A DNA stretch of 64,000 nt from an uncultured Chloroflexia bacterium (GCA_963752475.1 CAVVYR010000001.1:128001-192000), one strand, 5' to 3'; positions 38,443 to 48,874 are shown, numbered from the stretch's first letter. Translations and numbers: made by a program. Notes: generated by a model not told the origin, from the sequence alone.

Positions 38443-39111
38443 ATGGCCACTGAGCATGTGCATGTGCCCGCACACGCGTCCGACTGGGCCACGCCGAACC
38501 CCGCCCCTGCAGACCCCGCGTGGACGCCTGCGCCGGCCCTCGAACGGCCGCGTACGCCCGCCGATGAGGGCCTGATCGAGGTCGCCTCGGCGCTGGTGCC
38601 GGGAAAGGCGCTGGACCTCGGCTGTGGTGAGGGCGAGAACGCCATCTGGCTCGCCCAACGCGGCTGGATCGTCAACGCCGTGGACGTATCGGCGGGCGCC
38701 ATCAGCCAAGCCCGCGAGTACGCCGCAGCCGCCGGCGTCGAGTCCACCATCGTCTTCGGTGCCGCCGACATCGCCCGCTGGACACCACGTTCGCGCTACG
38801 ACCTCGTCTTCTGCACCTTCGCGCTGCCAGCGCGCGGCATGGGCCGCAGCCGGATGCTCGAGACCGCCGCGGCCGCCGTCGCACCCGGCGGCACCATCCT
38901 CATCACCGAGTTCGACGCCTCGCTGCGACGTGATGGCTCGATGCCAGAGAAGTACCTCGTCTCGGTGGAGGAGCTCGAACGCCACCTCGGCGGCTTCCGC
39001 ATCGAGCACGCCGGTGTCCGCCGGGCCCGCCACCGCCACGGCTACGAAGAGCGTGTGCTGCCGGTGGCCAACATCATCGCCACTCGCCGCACCGACCTGC
39101 GCAGCTTCTAG
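38443..39111 (+). CDS. Class I SAM-dependent methyltransferase
   Basis: ALDLGCGEGENAIWLAQRGW, YDLV, VAPGGTILI. Confidence 0.88.
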   Translation: MATEHVHVPAHASDWATPNPAPADPAWTPAPALERPRTPADEGLIEVASALVPGKALDLGCGEGENAIWLAQRGWIVNAVDVSAGAISQAREYAAAAGVESTIVFGAADIARWTPRSRYDLVFCTFALPARGMGRSRMLETAAAAVAPGGTILITEFDASLRRDGSMPEKYLVSVEELERHLGGFRIEHAGVRRARHRHGYEERVLPVANIIATRRTDLRSF

Positions 39112-39157
39112 CGACAGCATCCGACCCCAGCCCCGACCAAGGCCGTATGCTCGCGCG

Positions 39158-39784
39158 GTGAAAGAACAGCGACCGAGGGCAAGCGACGACATCGACTGGG
39201 AGGCCGCCTACGCCGGCGACGTGCCCGACACACCCGTGGATCGCGACGTGGTCAGGATCGCGACCGAGCTGCCAGCCGGCTCGGCCCTGGACCTCGGTTG
39301 CGGCACCGGCCAGAACAGCATCTGGCTGGGCGCCCGAGGCTGGCGAGTCCACGGCGTGGACGTGGCCCGGGGCGCGATCCGGCGAGCCCAGTCAGCCGCC
39401 GCCAAGGCCGGCGTGACGGCCTCGTTCGAGAACGCCGATGTCACGACCTGGCGCACGAAGGAACGCTACGACCTGGTCATCTCCACGTATGCCCTGCCCT
39501 CCCGTGGTCCCGGCCGCACGCACGCGCTCGCCGTCGCCTGTGATGCCGTGGCCCCGGGCGGTACGCTGCTGATCTGCGACTTCGACGAATCGCTGGCCGA
39601 CTCGGGCTGGATGGCGGCGGACCACCTGGTCAGCCTCGACGAGATCACCGAAGCCCTGCCTGGCTTCGAGCTTGACGAGGCCGAGGTGCGCTTGACCCAG
39701 CACAGCCATGGGTCCGAGGCGAGCGACCTGCCCGTGGCCATCGTCGTGGCCCGCCAACCGGGCCCACTCACACAGGAGGCCTGA
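39158..39784 (+). CDS. Class I SAM-dependent methyltransferase (paralogue of upstream gene)
   Basis: DWEAAY, ALDLGCGTGQNSIWLGARGW, YDLV, VAPGGTLLI; GTG start preceded by TATGCT. Confidence 0.88.
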   Translation: MKEQRPRASDDIDWEAAYAGDVPDTPVDRDVVRIATELPAGSALDLGCGTGQNSIWLGARGWRVHGVDVARGAIRRAQSAAAKAGVTASFENADVTTWRTKERYDLVISTYALPSRGPGRTHALAVACDAVAPGGTLLICDFDESLADSGWMAADHLVSLDEITEALPGFELDEAEVRLTQHSHGSEASDLPVAIVVARQPGPLTQEA

Positions 39785-40963
39785 GTGCGCGTCATCGGCA
39801 TGATCTCCGGCACCAGCGCCGATGCCATCGAGGCCGTCTGCTGCCAGATCGACGGTGCGCCGCCACGCCTGCAGCTGAAGGTGCTGATGGCGCAGACGAC
39901 GCCGATCCCGATCGAGCTGCAGCGGCGTATCCATGCCGCTGCCACGGTCGAGGGCAGCGATGTCGAGTCGATCACGCTGCTGGACGCGGAGATCGGCGAG
40001 CTGTTCGGGCAGGCTGCCATCGACCTCGCCACCGAGATGGGCATGGGTATCGAGCACGTCGATCTGATCGGCTCGCACGGACAGACGATCTGGCACGCGG
40101 TGCGCGACGACGGCTCGGTGGAAGGTTCGCTGCAGATCGGCAACGGCGCCCGGGTCGCCGAGCGGACGGGTGTCACCACGGTCAGCGACCTGCGATCACG
40201 TGACATCGCGGCCGGCGGCCAGGGTGCGCCGATCGTGGCCTACGTCGACTGGCTGTTGAGCCGGCACGAGACGGCCTATCGGGCAATACAAAATCTCGGC
40301 GGCATCGGCAACGTGGCCTACCTGCCCCCGTTCTCGGACGACACGACCTCGCCGCTCGCCTTCGACACCGGGCCGGCCAACGTGCTCGTGGATGTGCTCA
40401 TGACGCTCATCTCCGAGGGTGAGGTCTCCTTCGACGAAGACGGCCGCACAGCGGCCTCGGGCACCGTCGACGAGGCCTGGATCAGCGAGCTGCTGGCGCA
40501 TCCCTACTTCGGGCTGGAGCCACCGAAGACCACCGGTCGCGAGCTCTTCAGCCCGGCGATGGGGAGAGCGATCCTGGGCCGGGGACGAGCACGCAGCCTC
40601 AGCGAGGCCGACATCGTGGCCACCGTCACCGCCTTCTCGGCGGAGTCCGTCGCCGACCAATACCGCCGGTTCCTGCCGGTGCCACCCGACGAGGTCATCG
40701 CCGCTGGCGGTGGCACGCGCAACCCGGTGTTCATGACCCGACTGGCGGCGGCGCTGCCCGGTGCTCGTGTCATGACCTACGAGGACCTCGGCTACGCCAG
40801 CCACCAGAAGGAGGCCATGGCCGTGGCCGTGCTGGCATACGAGACATGGCACGGCCGGCCCGGAACGCTGCCGGCGTTCACCGGCGTCAGCCACCCGGTG
40901 CTCATGGGCGCCATCGACCTCGGCGCCCGAAGGCCTGACTGGATACACCCCAGCGGCTCCTGA
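39785..40963 (+). CDS. anmK: Anhydro-N-acetylmuramic acid kinase
   Basis: IGMISGTSAD, GSHGQTIWH, DIAAGGQGAP, NLGGIGN, FDTGPAN, PPKTTGRELF, KEA. Confidence 0.95.
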   Translation: MRVIGMISGTSADAIEAVCCQIDGAPPRLQLKVLMAQTTPIPIELQRRIHAAATVEGSDVESITLLDAEIGELFGQAAIDLATEMGMGIEHVDLIGSHGQTIWHAVRDDGSVEGSLQIGNGARVAERTGVTTVSDLRSRDIAAGGQGAPIVAYVDWLLSRHETAYRAIQNLGGIGNVAYLPPFSDDTTSPLAFDTGPANVLVDVLMTLISEGEVSFDEDGRTAASGTVDEAWISELLAHPYFGLEPPKTTGRELFSPAMGRAILGRGRARSLSEADIVATVTAFSAESVADQYRRFLPVPPDEVIAAGGGTRNPVFMTRLAAALPGARVMTYEDLGYASHQKEAMAVAVLAYETWHGRPGTLPAFTGVSHPVLMGAIDLGARRPDWIHPSGS

Positions 40964-41535
40964 TGCCCGGACATCAATCCCCGGTCGACATCCCGCCGAC
41001 CGCGCCGATCCACCGTGACGGGCTCCAGCTGCGCTACGGATCGGTCCCGCTGCTGCTCGGCCGCGATCCCGTCGCGGTCCACGTGGCGACCACGAGCGAG
41101 ATGGCCGCGATCATCGAGGGCGAGGTCTTCGACCTGGCCCAGCTGCACGTCCACTGCCCCAGCGAGCACACCTTCGGCGGCGCGCACACGCCCATGGAGC
41201 TGCACCTCGTGCACCAGTCCCTGACAGGCCGGATCGCGGTCGTCGGAGTGACGTTCGTGGAGGGCCAAGAGAACCCCGCGCTGGGCGCTTTCATCGCGGC
41301 GATCGATGACGAGGATGCGCCGGCGTCGATCGACCTGCGCTCGCTCGTGCCAGGTGACCTCTCGCACGTGGCCTACGAGGGCTCGCTGACGACGCCGCCC
41401 TACACCGAGGGCGTGGTCTGGCGGGTCCTCGTCCGGCCGAGCACGCTGTCGGCGGAGCAGTCGTTAGCGCTGCGCGCCGTCCACGACGGCAACGCCCGCC
41501 CGGTCCAGCCCATGGGCGAACGCACCTTCGGCTGA
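40963..41535 (+). CDS. Alpha-class carbonic anhydrase (short, no signal peptide)
   Basis: QSPVDI, QLHVHCPSEH, ELHLVH, YEGSLTTPP.TEGVVW, NARPVQP. Confidence 0.9.
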   Translation: MPGHQSPVDIPPTAPIHRDGLQLRYGSVPLLLGRDPVAVHVATTSEMAAIIEGEVFDLAQLHVHCPSEHTFGGAHTPMELHLVHQSLTGRIAVVGVTFVEGQENPALGAFIAAIDDEDAPASIDLRSLVPGDLSHVAYEGSLTTPPYTEGVVWRVLVRPSTLSAEQSLALRAVHDGNARPVQPMGERTFG

Positions 41536-41571
41536 CGCCGTCCATACCGTCACGACCGGCCTGGCCCTGCT

Positions 41572-41617
41572 TGACGCGCCGGGGTGAGGCCCTACCTGAC
41601 GCGCTGGGGTGAGGCCC
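41572..41617. repeat. 21-bp direct repeat x2 (TGACGCGCYGGGGTGAGGCCC), 25-bp period
   Basis: 41572-41592 and 41597-41617, one mismatch. Confidence 0.85.
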
Positions 41618-41749
41618 GCTTTCGAGATCTGGCGTGCGCGAGGCTGTCCTCAAGGCGCTCGCTTCGGGTGGTGACCGCGTGCTGTTCGGCGAGGCAGAGG
41701 CTGCCGGTTCGCCACCGGTCAGCGTCCCCCGCAGCGATATCCTCGCGGA

Positions 41750-42985
41750 GTGAGCGAGCAGCCCTTCCGCGTCGAGATCGACAAGCTTCGCGCCGATACC
41801 CGTGCCCGAGCACACGCCATCATCCGTGGCGCCGTGCCGTCGGTGGCCCCGGCCGTGGCCATCAGCGTGTGGCAGGCCGGCTCACCCTGGTTCGAGGCCT
41901 ATGCGGGGTGGGCCGATCCCGGGACCGAGACGATGCCGGTCGGTTTCCGCTCGCTGTTCGACCTGGCCTCGGTCAGCAAGCCCTTCACGGCGACGGCCCT
42001 CCTGCGCCTGGCCAACGACTTCAAGGTCGATCTCGATGACCCGGTCGGGAAGCTGCTGCCGGAGTTCGCAGCGAGCGGGCCCCGTGGGGTGGATGGCGGT
42101 GTCGACCCGCTGACATGGGAGCCGCTGTCGACGCCACCCGGGCGTGATGACCGCGAGTTCGACCCCGAACGTGTGACCTGGCGTCGGGTGCTGACACATA
42201 CCAGCGGGCTGGCACCGTGGCACCCGGTCTTCCGCGCGGCCGGCCCGACCCCTCCCCCGCCGGACGAACCGGATCCGGTCTCGATCGAGGAGCGCAGCGA
42301 GGCGGCACTCGCGGCCATCGGCGGCTATCGCTTCGTGGCCCAGCCAGGAGCCGAGTTCCACTACAGCGACATCGGCTTCATGCTCGCGGGCATGGCCGTC
42401 GCTCGCCGCTTCGGACGGCCGTTGCCGGAGGCGATGCAGGCGCTCATCCGCGACCGACTCAACCTCGACACGGTGACGTACACGCCGTTGGCCTTCGGTC
42501 GTCCACGCCAGCGGATCGTGCCCACAGAGCTCGACGAGCGCTGGCGTGGACGTCGCTGCTGGGGCGAGGTACACGACGAGAACGCAGCCGGGCTGGGTGG
42601 CGTCGCCGGGCATGCGGGGTTGTTCGCCACGGCTCACGATGTCGCCCGCTTCGGCGTGGCCTGGCTGCGACAGGATCCACGGATGCGGCTCGAGCGCTTC
42701 ATGCGCACCGCCGTGACGAACCAGACGAAGGAGCTCGAGGTGGCCCGCGGCCTCGGTTGGCAGGTGCAGCCGACCGACCACCTGGCCCCTTTCAGCGACG
42801 ACGCCTTCGGCCATACCGGCTTCACCGGTACCTCCCTGGCCGTGGACCCCAGGCGCGACCTCGTCGTGGCCCTGCTCACGAACCGCGTCTACCACGGGCG
42901 CGACCCACAGGCCATGAACCAGCTTCGGCTCGACGTCCACGAGGTCTTCGCGGCTGCCACCGATGCCGGAATCAGTCCATCATGA
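41750..42985 (+). CDS. Serine hydrolase, beta-lactamase/AmpC-like fold
   Basis: FDLASVSK (SxxK), LTHTSGL, HYSDIGF, GEVHDENA..LGGVAGHAGLF, FGHTGFTGT. Confidence 0.9.
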   Translation: MSEQPFRVEIDKLRADTRARAHAIIRGAVPSVAPAVAISVWQAGSPWFEAYAGWADPGTETMPVGFRSLFDLASVSKPFTATALLRLANDFKVDLDDPVGKLLPEFAASGPRGVDGGVDPLTWEPLSTPPGRDDREFDPERVTWRRVLTHTSGLAPWHPVFRAAGPTPPPPDEPDPVSIEERSEAALAAIGGYRFVAQPGAEFHYSDIGFMLAGMAVARRFGRPLPEAMQALIRDRLNLDTVTYTPLAFGRPRQRIVPTELDERWRGRRCWGEVHDENAAGLGGVAGHAGLFATAHDVARFGVAWLRQDPRMRLERFMRTAVTNQTKELEVARGLGWQVQPTDHLAPFSDDAFGHTGFTGTSLAVDPRRDLVVALLTNRVYHGRDPQAMNQLRLDVHEVFAAATDAGISPS

Positions 42986-44373
42986 GCGCGATGCCCGACC
43001 ACCCGATCCTCGGCCACATCCGCTCCGCGCGACCGGACCTCGGCCTCATCACCGAGCCCGACGAGACCTCCGACTTCCGAAGGGACGAGACCGACTTCAT
43101 CCCCTACGGCCGACCGCTGGCGGTGGCCTTCCCGACCTCGACCGAGGACGTCAGCGCCGTCGTCCGCGCCTGCGCTGCGTACAAGGTGCCGGTCGTGGCC
43201 CGGGGTGGTGGCTCGGGACTCTCGGGCGGGGCCAACGCCATGGACGGTTGGGTCGTGCTGGCCATGAGCGGCATGGACCGCATCATCGAGATCGACCCCG
43301 ACAACCTCCTGGTCGTGACACAGCCCGGCGTCATCACCGCTGACCTCGAGACCGCCGTCGAAGCCCAGGGCCTGCTCTACCCGCCCGATCCCGCCAGCCA
43401 CGAGCTGAGCTTCATCGGCGGCAACATCGCCGAGAACGCCGGTGGCCTACGCTGCGTCAAGTACGGTGTCACCCGGGACTACGTCCTGGGCCTCGAGGTC
43501 GTGCTGGCTGACGGCGAGGTCATCCGCGTCGGCGGTCGCAACGTCAAGGACGTGATGGGCTACGACCTCACCCGCCTGATGGTCGGCTCGGAGGGCACGC
43601 TCGGCATCATCACCGAGGCCACGCTCAAGCTACGGCCCAGGCCCGCGCCCAAGACCACGCTGCTGGCCTTCTTCCCCAGCGTCGGCCACGCCGGCGACGC
43701 GGTCTCACGGATCACCGCCGCGGGCGTCACCCCGGTCACGCTGGAGATGCTCGACCGCAACATCATCGACGCGGTGGAGGACGCGCTGCATCTTGGCCTG
43801 GACCCTGTGGCCGGAGCGATGCTGATGATCGAGTCCGATGCCGGTGGGGAACTGGCCGAGCAGGAGCTGGACACCGCCGCGGAGGCCTGCGATCGGGCAG
43901 GCGCGACCTCGCTCGACCGAGCCACCAACCCCGAGGAGGCCGATGCCATGAGGGAGGCCCGGCGCAAGGCCCACTGGGCGTTGAAGCAGCTTGGACAGGC
44001 GCGGACGGAAGATGTGAGCGTGCCGCGCAGCCGCGTGAGCGAGTTCATCGATGCCGTGGCCGTGATCTCGAAGCGGCACGACATGATGATCGGCGTCTTC
44101 GGGCATGCCGGCGACGGGAACTTCCATCCCGCGTACGTCACCGGCCACGACGATCCACGGGCGGAGGAGCGCACCGATGCTGTCCGGGCCGACCTCTACA
44201 CCGCGGTGCTCGCGCTCGGCGGCACCATCACCGGGGAGCACGGCACGGGCCTGACCAAGCGCGACTTCCTCGAACAGCAGTTCGGTCCACGTGGCGTCGC
44301 CGCCATGCGCGCCATCAAGGACGCGCTCGATCCCGACGGCATCCTCAACCCCGGGAAGCTGCTGCCGGACTGA
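42982..44373 (+). CDS. FAD-linked oxidase, GlcD/D-2-hydroxyacid dehydrogenase family
   Basis: RGGGSGLSGG, YPPDPAS, GGNIAENAGGLRCVKYGVT, GSEGTLG, GHAGDGNFH, GEHGTG, LNPGK. Confidence 0.92.
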   Translation: MSAMPDHPILGHIRSARPDLGLITEPDETSDFRRDETDFIPYGRPLAVAFPTSTEDVSAVVRACAAYKVPVVARGGGSGLSGGANAMDGWVVLAMSGMDRIIEIDPDNLLVVTQPGVITADLETAVEAQGLLYPPDPASHELSFIGGNIAENAGGLRCVKYGVTRDYVLGLEVVLADGEVIRVGGRNVKDVMGYDLTRLMVGSEGTLGIITEATLKLRPRPAPKTTLLAFFPSVGHAGDAVSRITAAGVTPVTLEMLDRNIIDAVEDALHLGLDPVAGAMLMIESDAGGELAEQELDTAAEACDRAGATSLDRATNPEEADAMREARRKAHWALKQLGQARTEDVSVPRSRVSEFIDAVAVISKRHDMMIGVFGHAGDGNFHPAYVTGHDDPRAEERTDAVRADLYTAVLALGGTITGEHGTGLTKRDFLEQQFGPRGVAAMRAIKDALDPDGILNPGKLLPD

Positions 44374-44393
44374 CCTTCCCGGTGCGATACGGC

Positions 44394-44423
44394 TTGACGC
44401 GCGGGCGGCAGCGATGACAGCAT
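44394..44423 (+). promoter_or_regulatory. Putative sigma70-type promoter for the ABC transporter operon
   Basis: TTGACG-N18-CAGCAT with a TG extension; GGAGGAGG RBS downstream. Confidence 0.45.
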
Positions 44424-44481
44424 CCACCGCAGGCTGGACGGATGTCCGCCGGCCACCATCGCGGAGGAGGAGAGAACGATC

Positions 44482-46023
44482 ATGCGTTCATTCAGTCTGG
44501 CCGGACTAGGGGCCAAGATCGGTATCGCCGCGATGTCGGCGGTGCTGGTCGCGGCCGCTACGGCACCCGGGGTCAGCGCCCAGGATGAGAGCGGCGGCGA
44601 CATCGTCGTCGGCGTCACCAGCGATGTCGACACGCTGTTCCCATGGAAGGCGACCCAGTTCCAGGCCTTCACGATCCTGGGCCTGGTCTACGACAACCTC
44701 GTCGAACTCGACCAGAACCTCGACATCGTTCCCGGCCTGGCCGAGTCCTGGGAGGTCTCCGACGACGGCCTGTCCATCTCCTTCACCTTGCGCGACGGTG
44801 TCACCTTCCACGACGGAGCGCCACTGACCTCGGCCGACGTCAAGGCCTCGCTCGATGCCATCCTCCTCGAAGAGACCGGCGCCGTAGCCCGGGCCGCGAT
44901 CTCCTCGATCGGCTCCGTCGACACACCCGATGACGCCACCGTCGTGCTGAACCTGACGACTCCTGACGCAGGTCTTCTCGCCGGCCTCGTCGGACCCAAC
45001 GTGGGCATCGTCCCGGCAGGCGCGACCGAGGAAGAGCTGAGCACGACCCCCAACGGCACCGGTCCCTTCGCCTTCAGCGAGCGAACGCCCAACGAGTCAC
45101 TCACGCTCGCCGGCAACGACGCCTACTGGCGAGAGGGGGAGCCCTCGCTCGCGAGTGTCGAGTTCCGCGTCATCCCAGACGAGTCCTCGATCGTGGACGC
45201 GCTGCGCTCGGGCAACGTCCAGCTCGCCGAGCTCAGCGACCCGCTCGTGGCCCTGACCGCGGAGGGCGACGGCATCACCGTCGAGAAGACCCCGCAGCTC
45301 GCCTATCACGTGCTCCAGATCAACCACAACCGGGAGCCGCTGGGCGACGTAAACGCGCGACTGGCCATCCAGTGCGCGGTCGATCGCCAGGAGGTCCTCG
45401 ACACCGCGGCCCTGGGTGAAGGCGCGGTCATCGGCCCCATCACCTCACCCGCCTACCTCAGCGATCCGTCCGCCCGGCCCTGCCCCGAGCGTGACGTCGA
45501 AGCGGCCAAGCAGTACCTCGCCGACGCGGGTCTCGCCGACGGCTTCACCATCGGCGCCATCGTCGCGCAGGGCGAGTACGCCACCGCCGTCAACGAGGCC
45601 CAGAGCCTCCAGGCTCAGCTGGCCGAAGTCGGCATCAACCTCGAGATCGAGCCGCTCGAGATCGGCGCCTTCGTGGACCGCTGGCTCGCGGCCGACTTCG
45701 ACACGGCCGTCGCACTCAACGGCGGCCGGCCCGATCCGGACACCATGTACGGTCGCTACTTCCCCAGCGACGGCAACCTCAACGAGATCGCCAGCTACAG
45801 CTCGCCCGAGCTCGATGACCTGTTCGCGCGGGGCAAGGCCTCGAGCGACCCCGAGGAGCGCAAGCAGATCTACGCGGACATCTCGAGGGAACTCGAGGAC
45901 AACGCCGTGTGGATCTGGATGTTCTCGGGCAACAAGTACTCGGCCATGACCGAGGACGTCGAAGGCTTCGTGCCCATGCCCAGCACGTCGCTCCAGTACC
46001 TGCGCACCACCACGTTGGAGTAG
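44482..46023 (+). CDS. Peptide/nickel ABC transporter substrate-binding protein (family 5)
   Basis: Signal peptide; PGLAESWEVS, LRDGVTFHDG, GTGPF. Confidence 0.93.
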   Translation: MRSFSLAGLGAKIGIAAMSAVLVAAATAPGVSAQDESGGDIVVGVTSDVDTLFPWKATQFQAFTILGLVYDNLVELDQNLDIVPGLAESWEVSDDGLSISFTLRDGVTFHDGAPLTSADVKASLDAILLEETGAVARAAISSIGSVDTPDDATVVLNLTTPDAGLLAGLVGPNVGIVPAGATEEELSTTPNGTGPFAFSERTPNESLTLAGNDAYWREGEPSLASVEFRVIPDESSIVDALRSGNVQLAELSDPLVALTAEGDGITVEKTPQLAYHVLQINHNREPLGDVNARLAIQCAVDRQEVLDTAALGEGAVIGPITSPAYLSDPSARPCPERDVEAAKQYLADAGLADGFTIGAIVAQGEYATAVNEAQSLQAQLAEVGINLEIEPLEIGAFVDRWLAADFDTAVALNGGRPDPDTMYGRYFPSDGNLNEIASYSSPELDDLFARGKASSDPEERKQIYADISRELEDNAVWIWMFSGNKYSAMTEDVEGFVPMPSTSLQYLRTTTLE

Positions 46024-46065
46024 TCCGGCGAGCCGGATGCGAACGACAGGGAAAGACAGGGACGG

Positions 46066-47028
46066 GTGATCCGAACCAAACGGATCGCCCGTACCCTGGC
46101 CGAGGCAGCGGTCACCCTCTTCGGGGTGGCCGTCCTCGTGTTCGTCATGATGCGAGTCGTACCCGGCGACCAGATCACCGCGTCGCTGGGCATCGAAGCG
46201 GGCGTCATGACCGATGCGCAGCTCGACGCGCTGCGCGCCTACTACGGCATCGACCAGCCACTGGTGCAGCAGTTCCTGGGCTGGATCTCGGAAGTCGTAC
46301 AGGGCAACCTCGGGGTCTCGCAGCGGACGGGTCAGTCGGTCCTGGAGATGACCGCCTCGTCGCTGCCGGTGACCATCGAGCTGGCGCTGCTGTCCACGTT
46401 CCTGGGTGTGCTCATCGGGGTACCGCTGGGCATGCTCTCGGCCTCCCGACCCAACAGCCGGCGTGATGCCGGCGCGCAGCTCGTCGGCCTCGCGGCACTG
46501 TCGATCCCCAGCTTCCTGTTGGGCGCCCTGCTGCTTACCATCGTGTCGCGCGTCTTCCGCTACAACCCCAATGCCATGGGCTTCGCACGGCCGCTCGAGG
46601 ACCTGAGTCTCAACCTGCAGCAGATGCTGCTGCCGGCGATCGTGCTGGGCTTCGCGCTGGCGGCGCCGATCATGCGTACGACGCGGTCGGCCATCCTCGA
46701 GATCACGAGCCAGGACTTCGTGCGCACGGCGCGCGGCAAGGGCGTCTCCCCCATGCGCATCCAGATCCGCCACGTGCTGCACAACTCGCTGGTGCCCATC
46801 GTGACCATGACCGGCATCCAGTTCGGCTACCTGCTGGGCGGGGCCGTGGTCGTCGAACAGATCTTCTCGGTGCCGGGCATCGGGCGGCAGTTCCTCCTGG
46901 GCATGCACCAGAAGGAGTACGCGGTGGTCCAGTCCACGGTGCTCGTCATCGCCCTCCTGTTCCTCATCGTGAACCTCGCGACCGACCTGCTCTATCGCAT
47001 CATCGACCCACGAGTGCGCACCGGATGA
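46066..47028 (+). CDS. ABC transporter permease (DppB/OppB-like)
   Basis: VPGD, DFVRTARGKG, GAVVVEQIF. Confidence 0.93.
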   Translation: MIRTKRIARTLAEAAVTLFGVAVLVFVMMRVVPGDQITASLGIEAGVMTDAQLDALRAYYGIDQPLVQQFLGWISEVVQGNLGVSQRTGQSVLEMTASSLPVTIELALLSTFLGVLIGVPLGMLSASRPNSRRDAGAQLVGLAALSIPSFLLGALLLTIVSRVFRYNPNAMGFARPLEDLSLNLQQMLLPAIVLGFALAAPIMRTTRSAILEITSQDFVRTARGKGVSPMRIQIRHVLHNSLVPIVTMTGIQFGYLLGGAVVVEQIFSVPGIGRQFLLGMHQKEYAVVQSTVLVIALLFLIVNLATDLLYRIIDPRVRTG

Positions 47029-47912
47029 ACGCCGAGGCCACCTGGGTCGAGTACGAGGACGCCCCACCGCAGCGCGACAGCCTGTGGCGGCGGCTGATGG
47101 CCAGCCGCAGCGGCCGGATCGGCTTGATCCTGACCGCGGCCATCATCGGCCTGGGCCTCCTGGCCGCCCTCGGCCTGACGCCCTACGACCCCATCTCTCA
47201 GCGAGCCCAGGATCGGCTCATGGGACCGTCGGCGGCCTACTGGTTCGGGACCGACCAGTTCGGCCGCGACATCCTCTCGCGCTCCATGGCCGGCGTGGCC
47301 ACGTCCCTGCAGGTGGCGGTCGTGGCGGTGACGATCTCGGCGGTGCTGGGCACGACGTTCGGCGTGGTGGCCGGGTTCTTCGGCAACCGCGTGCGCGGTC
47401 CCATCAACGCCCTCACCAACATCCTCTTCGCTTTCCCGCCGCTGCTGCTGGCACTGGCGCTGGCTTCGGTCACCACGCGCAACTGGTTCACCGTGGCCGT
47501 CGCCATCGCGGTCGTCTACATCCCCATCTTCGTCCGCGTCACGCGTGCACCGGTGCTCTCGCTGCGTGAGGCGGATTACATCAAGGCCGCGCGGGTGCTG
47601 GGCTACCCCTCGAGCCGGATCCTGTTCCGGCACCTGCTGCCCAACATCATGCCCATCGTCATCGTGCAGGTGACGCTCTCGCTGTCCTGGGCGGTCCTGA
47701 CCGCGGCTGCGCTCAGCTACCTGGGCCTGGGCACGCCGCCTCCGACGCCGGCGCTCGGCTCGATGGTCTTCGATGCCAAGAACCTGGTCACGATCGCGTG
47801 GTGGACGATGGCCGCACCGGGCCTCGTGCTGATCGTCCTCGTCGTCGGGCTCAACCTCCTCGGCGATGGCCTGCGGGACGCGCTCGACCCGCGCAACGAG
47901 AGCCACTCGTGA
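47025..47912 (+). CDS. ABC transporter permease (DppC/OppC-like)
   Basis: GTDQFGRDILSR, HLLPN, LSYLGLG, NLLGDGLRDALDP. Confidence 0.93.
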   Translation: MNAEATWVEYEDAPPQRDSLWRRLMASRSGRIGLILTAAIIGLGLLAALGLTPYDPISQRAQDRLMGPSAAYWFGTDQFGRDILSRSMAGVATSLQVAVVAVTISAVLGTTFGVVAGFFGNRVRGPINALTNILFAFPPLLLALALASVTTRNWFTVAVAIAVVYIPIFVRVTRAPVLSLREADYIKAARVLGYPSSRILFRHLLPNIMPIVIVQVTLSLSWAVLTAAALSYLGLGTPPPTPALGSMVFDAKNLVTIAWWTMAAPGLVLIVLVVGLNLLGDGLRDALDPRNESHS

Positions 47913-48874
47913 GCGAGAGCCTGCTGCGGATCGAGGACCTCGTCGTGACCCTGCGCTCGCCTCGCGGCGACCACGACATCGTCCACGGCATCGATCTGAC
48001 CGTGGCCGCGGGTGAGACGCTGGGCGTCGTGGGCGAGAGCGGCTCCGGCAAGACGCTCACGATGCTGGCGGTGATGGGGCTCCTCTCCGCACCACTCGAG
48101 ATGACCCGTGGGAGCGTGCGCCTCGAAGGCGCGGAGATCGGGGCGCTGCCCGAGGACCAGATGCGCGAGCTGCGCGGCCGTCGCCTGGCCATGGTCTACC
48201 AGGACCCGATGACCTCGCTCAACCCGCTCATGCGCGTCGGCGACCAGGTCGTCGAGACGATGACGGCACACGGCGTTCCCAAGGCGGAGGCAGCCCGGCG
48301 AGCGCTCGACACGTTGGCACGCGTGGAGATGCCCGATCCGGTGCGCACGGCGAAGGCGTATCCGCACGAGCTCTCGGGCGGCATGCGCCAGCGCGCCCTC
48401 ATCGCCACCGCCCTCGCCAACGACCCGACCCTGTTGATCGCGGACGAACCCACGACCGCGCTCGACGTCACCATCCAGCGGCAGATCCTGGCCCTGGTCA
48501 AGCACCTGAGCACCGAGTTCCGGATGACGACGATCTGGGTCACGCACGATCTCGGCGTCATCGCCCGGCTGGTCGATCGCGTGGTGGTGATGTACGGCGG
48601 CCACATCGTGGAGGATGCGCCGGTCGACCAGATCTTCCATGCGCCGCAACACCCGTACACCCGTCGTCTGCTGGCCTCGCTGCCGAACCCCGCCGATGAC
48701 GACCGACCACCGCTGGCCCAGATCCCCGGCCGACCACCGCTGCCGAGTGAGCACATCGAGGGCTGCCCCTTCAGGCCACGCTGCACCGAAGCCATCGACG
48801 CCTGCGGTACCCTGCCGCAGCTGGAACCGCGGCTGGCCGGACGGGTCGCGTGCTGGGTCCCGGCAGACCGATGA
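47909..48874 (+). CDS. ABC transporter ATP-binding protein (DppD-like)
   Basis: [37 protein letters not shown]. Confidence 0.94.
   Translation: MSESLLRIEDLVVTLRSPRGDHDIVHGIDLTVAAGETLGVVGESGSGKTLTMLAVMGLLSAPLEMTRGSVRLEGAEIGALPEDQMRELRGRRLAMVYQDPMTSLNPLMRVGDQVVETMTAHGVPKAEAARRALDTLARVEMPDPVRTAKAYPHELSGGMRQRALIATALANDPTLLIADEPTTALDVTIQRQILALVKHLSTEFRMTTIWVTHDLGVIARLVDRVVVMYGGHIVEDAPVDQIFHAPQHPYTRRLLASLPNPADDDRPPLAQIPGRPPLPSEHIEGCPFRPRCTEAIDACGTLPQLEPRLAGRVACWVPADR

Noticed and set aside
38624-39784. Single 386-aa ORF or fused double methyltransferase
   Set aside because: The N-terminal part is an off-frame reading of the first methyltransferase, which has its own stop at 39111; the second gene has its own -10 box and GTG at 39158.
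41750-42985. Antibiotic-resistance beta-lactamase
   Set aside because: No signal peptide; motifs and the anmK context fit a cytoplasmic esterase/amidase-type serine hydrolase.
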